A DNA stretch of 63,972 nucleotides, counting the filler, from Ionaspis alba (taxonomy: Eukaryota): assembly GCA_964255285.1 (NCBI GenBank). It is 5 parts of 5 records of this genome, joined end to end, with 100 filler letters (N's around TTAATTAATTAA, not from the genome) between each part and the next. Parts side by side here need not be neighbours in the genome. Positions count along the whole stretch, not along the records: positions 51,898 to 63,972 come from CAXUUL010000527.1; 4 more parts are not named here. One strand, written 5' to 3'. Positions 52,086-63,972 of this stretch are shown in pieces (position 1 is the first letter of the stretch; every line of letters starts with the position of its first letter). The position numbers were made by a program, and so were the translations under genes. Under the pieces are notes generated by a model. That model was not told where the DNA came from and did no database searches. It worked only from the letters and a program-made list of their open reading frames with translations.

Positions 52086-53293
52086 ATGAATCCTACCATT
52101 TCCCTTCCCCGTCAGCGTGGAAGCTCCCAGAACTTTGGAGGCACAAGTTCCAGCAGTCGGCAGGATGGATTGCGAATGCCACGCTTTTTCAAGAGGTATC
52201 TTATCCTGTCAGGAAATACCACCGCGAAGGCAGCCTTTTCTGCCTGCCCCTATGTTTCCGAGAACATATCAATACAGCAGGCTGACCAGTACTGGGTCAG
52301 GCTATTCAAGTTTCCCCAGATGGACTTCGAGATGGCCATATGGGAGATGTCTAGTCTCTTAATTGCGCCGAAGAAGGTCTTCCGGTCTATGTATTATCAT
52401 GTAAGCCGTGCTATGCCTAAAGTAAAAGTATCTTAGACTGACAATGACCCGGATCAGAAACGTACGACAGCCCAATCCAACCATGCTGATACATGTCAAC
52501 TAACATGCGGCCGTCTATAGAAACGAAGAACACATGGCATCGGCCCGACCCATCCTTCACATATCTCCTCTCTTTTTTCATGCTCCTGACCGGCCTTGCT
52601 TGGGGGGTTGCAACTACATATTCAGCTGCTGGCATTGTTCGGCTGACACTGATCTACGTCTTCATCCACTTCCTCACCATATCACTGCTGGTAGCCACGG
52701 CGGCATTCTTCCTTGTTGGACGATTATTGGGACCTGGAATCGCTGGCTTGCCAGGGAGGAGGCGGCAACAAGGATTGTTCGTTCAGGCTGAGGATAGAGA
52801 GCAATTGGAATTTGGATATTGCTTCGATGTGAGATACGAATACAGAGTTCCAAGCAGCCGAAACTACAACTGACAAACCAATGAAGGTGGCTATCCGGGC
52901 TTTCTTCCCAGTATGGGTACTTCTGTATGTGGTTCAATTCATTCTTTGGCCATTGATATCTAGGAAGTACTGGTTTGTGTCTCGAGCCACATCTCGAAGG
53001 CTTTCTGCTCACGCCCACAAGGATATCACTATTCTTTGGGAACACAATCTACCTGGCAGCACTTGGTTACTACTTTGTCATCTCGTTCCTGGGTTATAAT
53101 GGTGGGTTCTAAGTCAACCCGTGCTGCCGGTCCATTCTAATCAGTTATCCCAGCCTTACCCTTTCTCCACCATACCGAACTTATCTTGTCGCCCTTGTTT
53201 GTTTGTGGCATTTTGTGGTTCGCCAGCTTATTCGGCTTCAACATACCTCAGTATATTGGGCCACTCCTCGTCATTGGAATCGGCTCTCGATAG
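52086..53293 (+). CDS. GMH1: UNC-50 family Golgi membrane protein (Gmh1), multi-exon with a 4-nt micro-exon
   Basis: RLFKFPQMDFEMAIWEM..APKKVFRSMYYH-KQ-TKNTWHRPDPSF, LEFGYCFDV, FLGYNALPFLHHTEL. Confidence 0.9.
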
Positions 53294-53466
53294 TATGGGG
53301 TGCTGGATAGCAAATGTGCATAACGTAGGCATGTCTGTTATAGCACGGCGTTTGGTATATAGAGTGAGCACGCAAGCCAAAGCAATCCCAGGTCCTTCGT
53401 TGTCCCGTCTCCTTCCACGTTCATATCGCGATTGTTGAGGATTTGGAACCACTCAGACGGACCATG

Positions 53467-54408
53467 TTATCCAGCCGGTGGTAGCATGAGTACATACTCC
53501 CTCGTACTTTCTCCAAAGGCAATAACATCCTTACTCCTGACCTCTATAAACCTCCTCTCCGGCAATGGCTCTCCATTCACCTTCGTCCCATTGGCGCTCT
53601 CCAAGTCAATCACATAAGGCCGCACTTTCCCTTCTTTATCCCCATACTCATTTTTTTTCTCCACGAAACGGAATTGTAGCACAGCATGCTGCTTGCTGCA
53701 GCTCGGATGCTCGATTGGAAAGTCCACCACACTCCGCTCGCGCCCAAAGAGCCAACAGCTGCGCGTGCCGAGCTCGATTGTTCCAAGGGTCTCGCTCCCT
53801 TTGAAGACGTAGAGACGCCAAGGCTGTGAAGAGGGTGGCTTGCGCGATTCGGGTGGTTCGTTGTACTTCAGGATTATGCTAGTACCAGCTGCAGTGTTTG
53901 TCTCTGCGGCGAGTTTGCCACTAGGGGCGAAATTCGGTTTTTGTTTCTCTGTCGGAAGTGGAGGTTTGCTGACAGCCGTGGAACGTTCGCCAGTGTAAGC
54001 TTCTTGTTGGGACGGGAGTGGTACTTTAGAGCGCTTGCTTTCCTTTGTCAGAGACGGAATTCGTTCCTTGCGGCGGTCTGTAGAGGCGGAAGAGGAAGTA
54101 GAGCGCCGTCTTCGAGAACTTTCGTGATTGTTGTCCCGTGATCGATGTCGACGTGCATGAAGCTCAGTAGAACGGTCTCTTCGATGATGGAACCGACTTC
54201 TTGGGCTTCTTGATCGCCGCCTCTGGTCACTACTATGCCTGGAATATGCGTCCTCTTGTCTTTGGTCCCGTCCCTCATCTTCCCTTTGCCGCTCCCAGTC
54301 TCTATGTTTCCCTCTACCAGTCACCTCCCTCTTCTCGCTTGCAATGTGTGGGGAAAGCTTTCTCCTCTGCTCCCTGTGTTCTGCTGAGATTCTGTTACAA
54401 TCAGCCAT
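53467..54408 (-). CDS. PML1: FHA-domain RES-complex splicing factor (SNIP1/Pml1)
   Basis: RS-rich N-terminus; KPNFAPSGKLAAETN, LKYNEPPESRKP, HPSCSKQHAVLQFR, IDLESANGT, FGESTREYVL. Confidence 0.88.
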   Translation of the reverse strand: MADCNRISAEHREQRRKLSPHIASEKREVTGRGKHRDWERQREDEGRDQRQEDAYSRHSSDQRRRSRSPRSRFHHRRDRSTELHARRHRSRDNNHESSRRRRSTSSSASTDRRKERIPSLTKESKRSKVPLPSQQEAYTGERSTAVSKPPLPTEKQKPNFAPSGKLAAETNTAAGTSIILKYNEPPESRKPPSSQPWRLYVFKGSETLGTIELGTRSCWLFGRERSVVDFPIEHPSCSKQHAVLQFRFVEKKNEYGDKEGKVRPYVIDLESANGTKVNGEPLPERRFIEVRSKDVIAFGESTREYVLMLPPAG

Positions 54409-54939
54409 TTAATGTGTGGTTTTCTATTCCAAATTAGTGTGATAGCAAAGCGCAATCGAGGACGTATGTTTCCTTAGCAGCGGACCTTTCCGCAGAGCCG
54501 CGAATGAGGATAAGCGCCACACGTGGAGGGTCTAGACCATCACTCCGGCTCCCTATGTATTTCGATCATGGATGGCTGGCTGCACAGGACACTACGGTTC
54601 CCAAACCATACAAGAGGAAGGATGCCTAAGTATTGTGTTTCGTTTGTAACGAAGAGCTGGCTGTATGCGTGCTTGTCACAGGGCGGTGCGAGGGGCTTCT
54701 ATTGATTTCTGATCTGATGTTCTCAAGACAGATGCATCCTCTTTTCTAGGGGCATTGGCTGCACTATGAAAGGTCGACTGAGTTAGATTTTTTTCCTTGA
54801 CTGCGAGCAATACTTCCCTTACCTCCAGTTAGCTTTATCATTCCCCGTTTGATTTCGTGGAAGATGAACGAAGTCATATTGGTTACAAGTTTGAAATTAT
54901 CGTTCGATCTATGTTATTAACACTGCTCCTAATAAGATT

Positions 54940-55790
54940 ATGTGGGCATGCAGGGCTAGCTAAAGCCTCTATATTTGCCCTTGTAGAGCACGATCCGGGC
55001 AATAGCTATCTCTGCGCCCGTGTCCTCGAGAAAAAGGCGTTGCTCCTGTCAATGATTTCATGGCGGAAGGGCATGGCACCAATGTTACTCTCTTGGCATG
55101 CGACCTAGCGTCTCTCGCCTTCGTTCAGAAGGCAGTTAAGCAGGTCGCCAGCGAGCTCCAACGTCTCAACATCCTTGTGTGCAATGCCGGTACTGGCGCT
55201 GTCTTGTGTGGGATGACTGAGGATGGTTGCGAGACTCGACTTGGTACCACTCACCCTGGAACTACTCCTTTTAACTTTGCTTCCGGCTGCAGAACGACCC
55301 GATTCAGTTGTGCGGATTCTAATACTTCGGTCTGCTGAAATTTGTAATTCACCTCCAGGTGGCACTTTGGCCAAGGTTTTAAAAGTCTGCAATCTGGTGT
55401 AAGCAGTTCCAGCTTCTTCTACATTCACGGACAAAGCAAATTGGCCAATGTGGTTCATGCTGCTGAACTAATACGACGATACCTGACACTCACAATGATA
55501 TCCTTTCATCCCTGCACTGACAGTAGAGACTTGATGTCAAGATCTTCAAGAGGCAATTGCCTGAAACGGATGCTGTATTCTTTGCTGGTAGCGGCATTCT
55601 TCCAGACACTCGAGAGGGGAGCTCGGGACTGGCTATAGGCTGCCCTATGAAGGACGATGGTTTACTCAATGAGGAGTTCTATGAGCCTACTGCAATATTG
55701 GGAAAGCATGTGAAAGATTGACAGGGTACAGAATTGGAAGACCAATTGTGAAGGTAGACTCAGACGGACTTGGAACAATACACGCAGAAG
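54940..55790 (+). pseudogene. Degenerate short-chain dehydrogenase (retinol dehydrogenase/WWOX-like)
   Basis: Fragments GHAGLAK, CDLASLAFV, LNILVCNAG, TEDGCETRLGTTH and HGQSKLANV..AAEL are split by frameshifts and stops; the catalytic Tyr position holds His. Confidence 0.75.
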
Positions 55791-55943
55791 TCTATCCTAG
55801 GCAAAACGGTTTGGCTCAAGCATATCTGCAATATCACGTATCTTCTCACTTCGTCAGGAAACACTTTTCTTAACTCGACCGAAGAACCGACAAACGACCG
55901 AAAGCGATTCGAAACTCAAGTCTCTTGCACATCATACCAGCTC

Positions 55944-56535
55944 TCACAACATTCCCTTCAATTCGCCTCCCTCCCAAGCTAGCGCCTTATCCTCTCTCTG
56001 CCAGACCTTCTCTTCCTCGCTTTTCCAAGGTGGTGGCCTTAATCCCTGCACCTTCCACAGATCTCTGGGCGTCTCCGAAACATGGTACTCCCACCTCAAG
56101 TTGCCTCTGGCCGCGATGTATGGCTTCAGCACCTTCAGCAACGTTAGCAAAGGTCATGGTCCTACACCATTGTCCACCCTATCTCTCCGCTGTCTCTCTC
56201 TCTACTCGACTACAGAATGGACTCCCGAGTTATGAGATAAACAAAAATGCACCCACCTCGTCAAGTGCATTCATCATTCTCGCCCTGACGCCTTTGGTAT
56301 CCTCTTCTTCGCTGGGCTGATGAATGGCAATATGCTCGATGGCAATTCTTACCATGTCGGACGCCGGTTTGCCACTTATGTAGAAAGAATCGGCCGCAAC
56401 GGGGATGAAAATGACGTTGACGTAGAAAGCCGGTAGTCCGGACGCTGTATAGAGAGCTGTAATTGACTGAGCGAACTCTGCCTTTTGCGCCGGGGAGAAG
56501 GCGTATGGGGGATGGAAGATGCGCCACAGAGGCAT
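55944..56535 (-). CDS. Tautomerase superfamily protein (cis-CaaD/oxalocrotonate tautomerase-like), 2 exons
   Basis: M-P start giving catalytic Pro1; ITALYT..GLPAFYVNVIF; VRIAIEHIA; WEYHVSETPRDLWKVQGLRPP. Confidence 0.85.
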
Positions 56536-57170
56536 TATGGTTGGTTTATTTGGAGGCTATGTGGAAGATGGCTAGGGAAACAGATTCAATCGCCGCGAGT
56601 AGGGCAAGTAGTAAATTATCCGAAGCGTCGATGAATTGGAAATGATCGGCCGTGGAGAGGCTCTTTTATCGTTGGGTATATGTGCACTCGGCTTTGTCGG
56701 CCCTGATGACGGTACATATTATCCAGGTATTACTCTTTTACCCGAAAACGTGTTTACTCAAGTACCGAGGTCGACCCTCCAAAAACCTTTGTGCTGACTT
56801 TGCCGAGGAACACGCAAGGAACAACGTGCAATGATGGAAATGCAGGGAATCAGCTCCACAAGGACGAAACGAGTTGTTGCTCTCAGTACTGATCACCGTT
56901 CGTGACCGAGAACAAGGGCATTCCACAGATGTGTGGCCAAATAGTAAAAGCAAGCACTCAAGCTTACGAATGAGCCCGCACGCAGGCGTTGGACGACAAA
57001 AAGATAGATAGAGCATAGGGGAGGTAATGAGCAGGATGTCTGCGCACGCCACTCATCAAGTAGCGCAATCGCATGTTCACAAACTCGGAGCATTAGAATG
57101 GGGAATAGGTGATCGGACCGGCTCTTCGGTCGCCCTCACAGATCTTCTCTGCATTGATTCATGACTCAGG

Positions 57171-59517
57171 CTACGCGATCATCAACGGAGGGACTTCGCC
57201 TTGCTCCTGCCGCACATCTCCAGCTAGCTTATACGACGCCTTCCACCTTATCTTCACATTAGCCGATTGACCTTTGGCGACACCGTGGATCTCAATAGGC
57301 TGTGTGATGCCGTTGTTCTGGAAAGGCTGGAGCTTGCGACCAGATTGAGGGGTAAGACGTAACTGATATGCCTGATGAGAGGTTAACCTCGACTGCGGGA
57401 AGTGTGAAAAGGGATGACTTGGTTTACCTTTGTGACCGCAATCTGGAACGTGTATTCGGTGATTGCACTTGCGGATTTGTTGGAGAATTTGGCTAAGATA
57501 TCGATGATGGAATCGCCTGTTTTCCGCCGGGAGACGTCAAAGGTGATGCCTACGTCCTTATCCGAGACTGTGAGAGTGGTGGAGGATGGGAGATTGTCTT
57601 CTGGCAATGCGGAGGTGAAGTTCCAGTCGTCATCGGCTGGAGTGCCGTTCGTGGTCTGGTTCGTAGCCATGGACGGTGCTTGGGGCTTCGATGCGGCGAA
57701 ATCGAAGAGTGAGGTAGGCTTGGCTTGGCTGTGTTGTGTGCCTTGTTGGGGTGCATTGGACGAGAAGGCGGCAAAAGGGTCTGAAGGTTGTGAAGGCGGA
57801 GGCTGGCGTTGTTGTTTGATTGGTGGTGCTGGAGTTGATGATTGTGAGGTGGGACGTGAACTGTTCAACGCAGCAAACACATCGTAGTTTGCCTTTGCGG
57901 GAACATGATGTTGTGGTTGGGGAGTTCCGGTTGGAGTGGGAACTTTTGCGGAGCTTTGTTGCATGGTAGAGGAGAGTAATGAAGGACCAGGGATACCTGA
58001 TGACTCGAGATCAGTGCCAATTCTCGGATGTGGAACACTCATGTGTTGTAATACCTGTATTTGCACCGAAGCCTAGCGCTATACCACCTCCTTGCCCGTA
58101 AGCTTGGTCCTGCATGGAGAGACCAAGTAAATCATCTTCTAAGGACTCAGGCTTCTGATTTGGAGCAGCGTCACCATTTGCGCTTGGTTCCGGATCCCCA
58201 CCAAGGTCAATGAGAGAGAGCTCATTATCTGCATTTTTACCGACCCCTGTCGTAGTGCCCAGTGTGCCTTTAGGGATCTTTGACGCCGCTTCGAGATCGC
58301 CTTTTTTGACGAGCTTATACCGTTCTATGGTTCGATGTATGCTGTCATTGATCTCAAACAGCCTTGCCACGGCTTCTTGGTCGTCCGACTCTTCCTCGCA
58401 CATCTTCTGAATTTTGGGTTGAGCGCTTTGCAACGAGCTTGCAAGCTCCTTGCAAAATATTAGCTTACCAACGCAGCACACTGGATAATGACGCACCTCA
58501 AACACATCCCCTTCACCTATCGAGTCACCAGCTTTGAAATTCTGTAATCTCTCTTCCAATAGTTTTGCTTTTTGTTGTATTTTACCCACCTCTTCAGCAG
58601 CCTTTGCCCTGTAGTCCGTCTTATACTTTGTATCATAGCCAGCCATAACCTTCATGAGTCGATTGGCCTCCTGAAGATCCTCTGGACCACCTCTCCTGAT
58701 CAGTTCCTGCAGCTTCGCCGACTGTGCTGCTTTTTCTTCCTCCTCCATCTCGTCCGCTGATTTCAGATTCTAGTCTAGCATCAGGATCGATGTATAACTC
58801 TCACGCCAAATGGAAACTTACGTCGCTCGGGTTTAGAACTGCCGCATCCTCGCTTCTAACTTCGGGGAACATGTACCCTTTGTAGCTTAACAAACGGTGC
58901 ATATCTCGAATGAATCCTAGATCTTCCTTGTATCTCGAGGTTTGGCATATTGTCATTCGCCATTCTTCGATTGCCTCTAGGATCCTGTTCTGCACTCTCG
59001 TAGGTCGTATAGGAGGTCGTTCCGGGAAGCGTCGGACGAGCTCGTTGAGGAATTCCTTGGTACTTATTTGGAGGTGGAACGGGTATCCACAATTTTTGAC
59101 ACAGATATCAAGCAGCTGTCAATCCATTAGTCCTGAGACCACCACTGTCGGCTGTGCAAGTATAGCTTACAGTAAGGGCGAGGAGGGAGACATTAGGATT
59201 TCGATGATTGACGTGGTTTACTATGGCTATTGCAGCTTCTCGGGGTCTGAAGGCATCTCAGCAACTTCTTTAAGCAGAGAATCTCGGGACGTACGCATTG
59301 CCTTTTTTGGAGTTAATGAGGTCAGCAATCTCTAGACATAGAGCTAGATTTGGTTCAAAGTTCTGCGGGTCGACGGCGTTCTCTGGACGAGGTTAGTCAA
59401 TCGAAGATGCACGACCTACAGAAACCCACGTATGTATCGCTGTAACGGGCTCTGCGCCGGCTCTCCAAAGCCCCCAAAGCGGTCTCTCGCAGCATACCGC
59501 GCCGAGGCGGCCTCCAT
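57171..59517 (-). CDS. GGA2: GGA clathrin adaptor (VHS-GAT-GAE), multi-exon
   Basis: SPLQRYI, CVKNCGYPFHLQISTKEFLNELVRRFPERPP, AKLQELIRRGGPEDLQEANRLMK, C-terminal ear domain ending GEVPPLMIA*. Confidence 0.9.
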
Positions 59518-59875
59518 GGTTGCGCAAATCGGCCAGCTCCTAGGGCGCTGGGACTTGTAGGCAAGTTTGGCGGCCAAATCAATAGGACCAGTCTGTACGA
59601 TGACTTCTAGCTACGGTCATAGCAGCTTGAATAGAACTGGGGGCTGTCATAAACCTTGGCGTACTCGATTGGTACCGGTTGGTGCCTGCGGACCGGATTT
59701 CAGCCGAGTGGCAGGTAGGAACGGACATGCAGTTGCGCGGGAATGTCATCGTGGCTCAAATACCGATATCACAATCAACTACATCTCTTTTCCACCTCAC
59801 TATTTAGAGTTACTCGAGAGTGCAGAGACACAGAAATCAATACTCCCATCTGTTGTCTTCTGAATACTCCTCAAA

Positions 59876-61141
59876 ATGGTCCGTCATAAGAAAGACAACT
59901 TCTCCTCCAAAGGCAAAAAACAGTCCGGCCCGCCCCACCATCGGCCTTCACCCCGTGGCGGCGAGGATGACTTCCAACGTGCCAAACCATCTTTTAAGGC
60001 AGCATGTTGGGACCTAGAGCATTGCGACCCCAAGAGATGTTCTGGTAAACGGCTGATGCATTTTGGCCTCATGCGAGAGCTTTCAGTTGGCCAGAAGTTT
60101 TCCGGGGTTGTGATCTCGTGAGCCCGTCGCTGTTTTGCTGGTGACCCTGTAGATACTGATACAGAAGCCCAGCCCCAATTCTAAACGAACCATATCACCC
60201 GCCGACAAGGAGCTATTAGAGCAACATGGTGCTGCTGTTGTGGAATGCTCCTGGGTCAGGATAAAGGAGGTTCCATGGGCGAAAATTGGAGGTAAATGTG
60301 AAAGATTGCGTTTGTGTCCCCATTCCCGTTTCTCTGTTGGGAGACTACTCTTCTAACGTTCACAGTACCATACCTGGTGGCAGCAAACTCCGTCAACTAC
60401 GGTCGACCCTGGCGACTGAACTGCGTGGAAGCCCTCGCGGCCACCTTTTTCATATGTGGGCACGAGGATTGGGCACACGAGGTCGTTGCACATTTCTCGT
60501 ATGGTGAAACGTTTTTGGAAATCAATTCGCAGTTGCTGAAGCGTTACGCTGCATGCTCGAGCGAAGAGGAAATCAAGAAAGCGGAGGAGCTGTGGCTCGC
60601 AAAGATCGAGCGTGAATACGCAGAGAGTAGAGCAGACGGCGATGGGACGGGCAATGAAAATGCCTGGACGAGGGGCAATATGAACAGGAGACCCGTTGTT
60701 GATTCGGAGGACGAGGAAGAAGATGATAGTGATATGGGGAGTGAAAAGGAGAGCGATGCAGACGAAGATCAGGATGGCGGTGTAATTGTGGACAAGAGTC
60801 TTTTGGAAGTTGTCGAAGAATCGGATGATGAGGAAGAAATGGCAGAGCTCAGGCGGAAAGTCCTCAACTCACGGCCTTTTGCCAACCCGATCAACGCGGA
60901 CGAGAAGGCTCGGCCGGAGAAAATTAGAAGACAAGGTCCTCTCCCAGTCGATTCTGATGCCGAATCGGGATCTGATGCTTGCGACAACGAGGACGACTCG
61001 GCATTCGATAACATCATCAATGCCACACCGGTGACTGACCGGAGCGGTCTCCAAGCCAAGCAACGATCGAAGGGCCACGAAGATCCTGCCAACTCTGTTG
61101 TGTTCTCCCGTACCGTTCTCGGCGCGCCGAGGAAAAGATAG
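59876..61141 (+). CDS. TSR3: 18S rRNA aminocarboxypropyltransferase (3 exons)
   Basis: MVRHKKD, WDLEHCDPKRCSGKRL, GAAVVECSW, PYLVAANSVNYGRPWRLNCVEALAA; acidic tail. Confidence 0.95.
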
Positions 61142-61666
61142 GTTCGAATACATGTCCATTAGTTCAAGGCAGTACCGTCATGGTCGAGGATCGTCAAGGT
61201 CACACACGACGGTCTTGTGAATCACGTGCAAAGATACAGGTCTGGTGCGCTGACCGTTGTTTGTTGCCTTCCATCTAGTGCGCGGAACAAACGAAAGACA
61301 AACGAAAAGAGTCGAGGCTTGCCAAGACCTAGGGCTTGGCAGTTCAGCCAATAGAGCCGCGTCGCCACAGCCCGTGTGATCGGCGCGCCATAACAGGGAA
61401 GCTGCCGACTACTGTAAGGCGTGGCATGACACGTGTGGAGGCATATGACGCTTCAGATCACCAACTTGAAATGAATGATCATGGGCGCGCGCCTTCCGAC
61501 GCATCGCTATCGTCTTCATGTTCCTCTCGCGTCCTCTTTCTTCCAAATCGCTCTTTCTCTCCTATAAGCCTCTGAGTTCATTTCTATCGAGCTTCTTGAC
61601 TGGTTTTTGTACTATCGTCCGGAAGAATCGCGCTACTTCAGCCACTCGTAGGCAGCAATACTCAGA

Positions 61667-62953
61667 ATGGAGCAAATCAAACAGGAGTTGGAAGAAACAG
61701 GCCAAGACCGTGCAGCGAGGTCACAAGAGGGCTTCCAAGCTGTCGAACAGGCTCTGCCCCGCCATGTTGGATCCCGCTTCAACATACCTCTACTCGATAA
61801 TTTGAGCTCCTACCTTGGAGTACGGAATCCGCTCGCACGTGCGGTCGACGTGAAAACGGAGTGTGTCTGGTTACTTGACAGCACCGCTTATCGTCCCGTC
61901 CATGTCTATCCTCACAAGCCTCAGCCATGGCAAGCTGAATTCGTGGCTGCTTTTTTCCTACGAAACAGTGGAAAGGATATCAGCAGATGGGTTGCAGACA
62001 TCGCAGACAAGATCGGCATAGCAGACGATCGCCCGAACGCGGAAGCTATTATTGCAAAAAGGTTACAACCGCTGGTGGACACCATCAAGCCCGCTCGCTT
62101 CGCCACTGTCTGTTTTCCCAACGGAGCCGTGCAGAAGCTTGGGCCTGGAGGTAGGGATGCTATCAGCAGCGGTACGTTCCTCGTGCCGGGCGACAACAGG
62201 GACGGAGATGCCATCGAAGTAGTCGCTCTTCCTCGTGAGCTTACCCCCAATGGTCATATGTTTACCCACTTCGCGGAGCCAGAAGGATGGGCTGTTGTAT
62301 CAGGTAAGTCGTCAAACAATCAACAAAATCGCTATATCTGCTGACTCTCTCACTCTGCAGATATCGACGACTCGATCAAAATCACAATGACACCTTCTCC
62401 CATTGGCATCCTTCGCAGTACTTTCGTGTCCACACCTGCTCCGATAGCTGGCATGCCAGAATTATACGCTCATATCGCGCATACCCTCGACCCGACTTGG
62501 TTTTACCTCTCCGCGTCCCCTTATAACCTCTACTATTTCCTCCGTCCCTTCCTCCACCAGTTCTACCCAAAGGGTACTCTTGTTTTACGTGAAGCATCAT
62601 GGATGAACCTTGCAGGCTTCCTAGCAAGTTTGACCCAGGGCACTGAGGCATATAAGAGCAGTCGAATCGACAAAATCTACAGTTGGCTACCTAGGAGAAA
62701 GGTTATTTGTGTTGGCGACAGTACACAGTCCGACCCTGAGGCGTATGGAAACATGTATCGGAAACATAAGGGCTGGATCAGGGCTATATACATCAGGAAG
62801 GTCACAGATGTCAGCGAGATGAATGCAACCGAGAAGAACAGTGAGGAGAGATTTCAGAAGGCGTTCAAGGATGTGCCAAAGGATTCTGTTTGGAGGATCT
62901 TTGAGGATCCAGAGGAGCTCTTTGCGGCTGTTGATGCTTTGAAAGGGACATGA
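61667..62953 (+). CDS. Phosphatidate phosphatase App1-like (DUF2183), intron 62304-62360
   Basis: GWAVVS/DIDDSIK, GMPELY, FYLSASPYNLY, VICVGDSTQSDPEAYG, IYIRKV. Confidence 0.85.
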
Positions 62954-63172
62954 TTTATGGGTTTTGGGTCATGATATTTGTCGTTGCAAGTTCGGTGCAT
63001 AGAGCATGATTCCCTACAGGCGAATATTGTGGACGGCGTACGATAGAAATGCTGTTTTGATATATTATAACTTTCTTTATGCCTTGACACAACAACATCG
63101 TAGCGTTGGTGGCTTTCAAAAGAATGTCCATTAACTTAGGCTACTAGCTCTCTACCTCTCCTTCTACCCACC

Positions 63173-63972
63173 ATGCGCTCACCTCTTCTCTTCACTCGGC
63201 CCCTCCGCAGCAGCACATCCATCCGCCAGCGCCTCTTCTACCGCTACAGCAGCACCTCCACTACCCTCATAAACATCACCGATCACCCCGCACCCCACAC
63301 CGGCGCCATCCGCATCCTGACCCTTAACAACCCCTCCACCCGCAACGCCATCTCCCGCTCCCTCCTAACCTCCCTCTCCGGTCAAATCAGCTCCATCCAT
63401 GCCGAAGGCTCTCACGGCGCAACCCGAGCGGTCATTATAGCCAGCGATGTCGACAACGCGTTCTGCGCTGGCGCGGATCTCAAGGAGCGGAAAAGCTTTA
63501 CGCGCGAAGAGTACGTCTTCCCCTTTCCAATCCCTGTTGATTGGCGCGCTCCCTTCCCCACGGCCCGGTTTCTGCTGCTGTAGAACAGAAGGTGGCTAAA
63601 TTTCTTCATCTACAGGACTGCAACCTTCCTGACAACCCTCCGCCGAACCCTAACCTCCCTCTCCCACCTCCCCATCCCCACCATCTCTGCCATCGCCGGC
63701 GCAGCTCTAGGCGGCGGTCTCGAACTAGCCCTCGCCACACATCTACGCATCTTCGCCTCCAGCGCTCTGATCGCCCTGCCCGAGACACGCTTGGCCATAA
63801 TTCCCGGTGCTGGGGGAACATACCGCCTTCCTGCGCTGATCGGCAAGGGCAGGGCGCTGGACCTGCTTCTCAGTGGCCGACGGCTGAGCGGCAAGCAGGC
63901 ATATGAGTGGGGACTTTGCGAAAGATATGTTGAGACGGCAAGAGGAAGGGAGGGGGAGGCGAGGGGGAGGGT
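63173..63972 (+). CDS. Mitochondrial enoyl-CoA hydratase/methylglutaconyl-CoA hydratase-like protein, truncated by the window end
   Basis: Presequence; LTLNNPSTRNAIS, FCAGADLKER, after the intron ALGGGLELALA..LPETRLAIIPGAGGTYRL. Confidence 0.88.

Noticed and set aside
1..63972. An iron/metal gene cluster (ZRG17, sreA, YAE1, copper oxidase, Ssu1)
   Set aside because: These genes lie on different artificially joined scaffolds.
1..63972. CRISPR arrays, tRNA/rRNA genes, intact transposases, secondary-metabolite backbone genes
   Set aside because: None seen by eye; tRNAscan-SE and Infernal would be needed to exclude small RNAs in the intergenic regions.

Overview
Eukaryotic DNA from a filamentous ascomycete (Pezizomycotina-type genes, short GT-AG introns with CTRAC branch points). 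The window is not one locus. Four 100-bp spacers (44 N + TTAATTAATTAA + 44 N) join five scaffolds of steadily decreasing length (12895, 12885, 12868, 12849 and at least 12075 bp), so gene neighbourhood across the spacers means nothing. Segment 1: RIP-like AT-rich end, ZRG17-type zinc transporter, GNAT, GST, MGM1, MRP17/GCV3 and a truncated secreted Gly-rich protein. Segment 2: 5'-truncated alpha-1,3-glucan synthase, SEC27 and an Ssu1-like TDT transporter. Segment 3: SreA, a PD-(D/E)XK-like hypothetical protein, Ras1, a CinA/FPY1-like protein and a truncated GMF. Segment 4: DUF3433-like protein, YAE1, a copper radical oxidase with three CBM18 modules, an orphan gene and an ABC1 kinase. Segment 5: UNC-50, an FHA protein, an SDR pseudogene, a tautomerase, GGA, TSR3, APP1 and an enoyl-CoA hydratase. 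I found no convincing new multi-gene system. The most notable signals are a CpG-sparing RIP-like tract, a 4-nt micro-exon, two GC-AG introns, the PD-(D/E)XK-like protein, the CBM18-AA5 architecture and several assembly artefacts. All family calls are from motif recognition; no database search was run.
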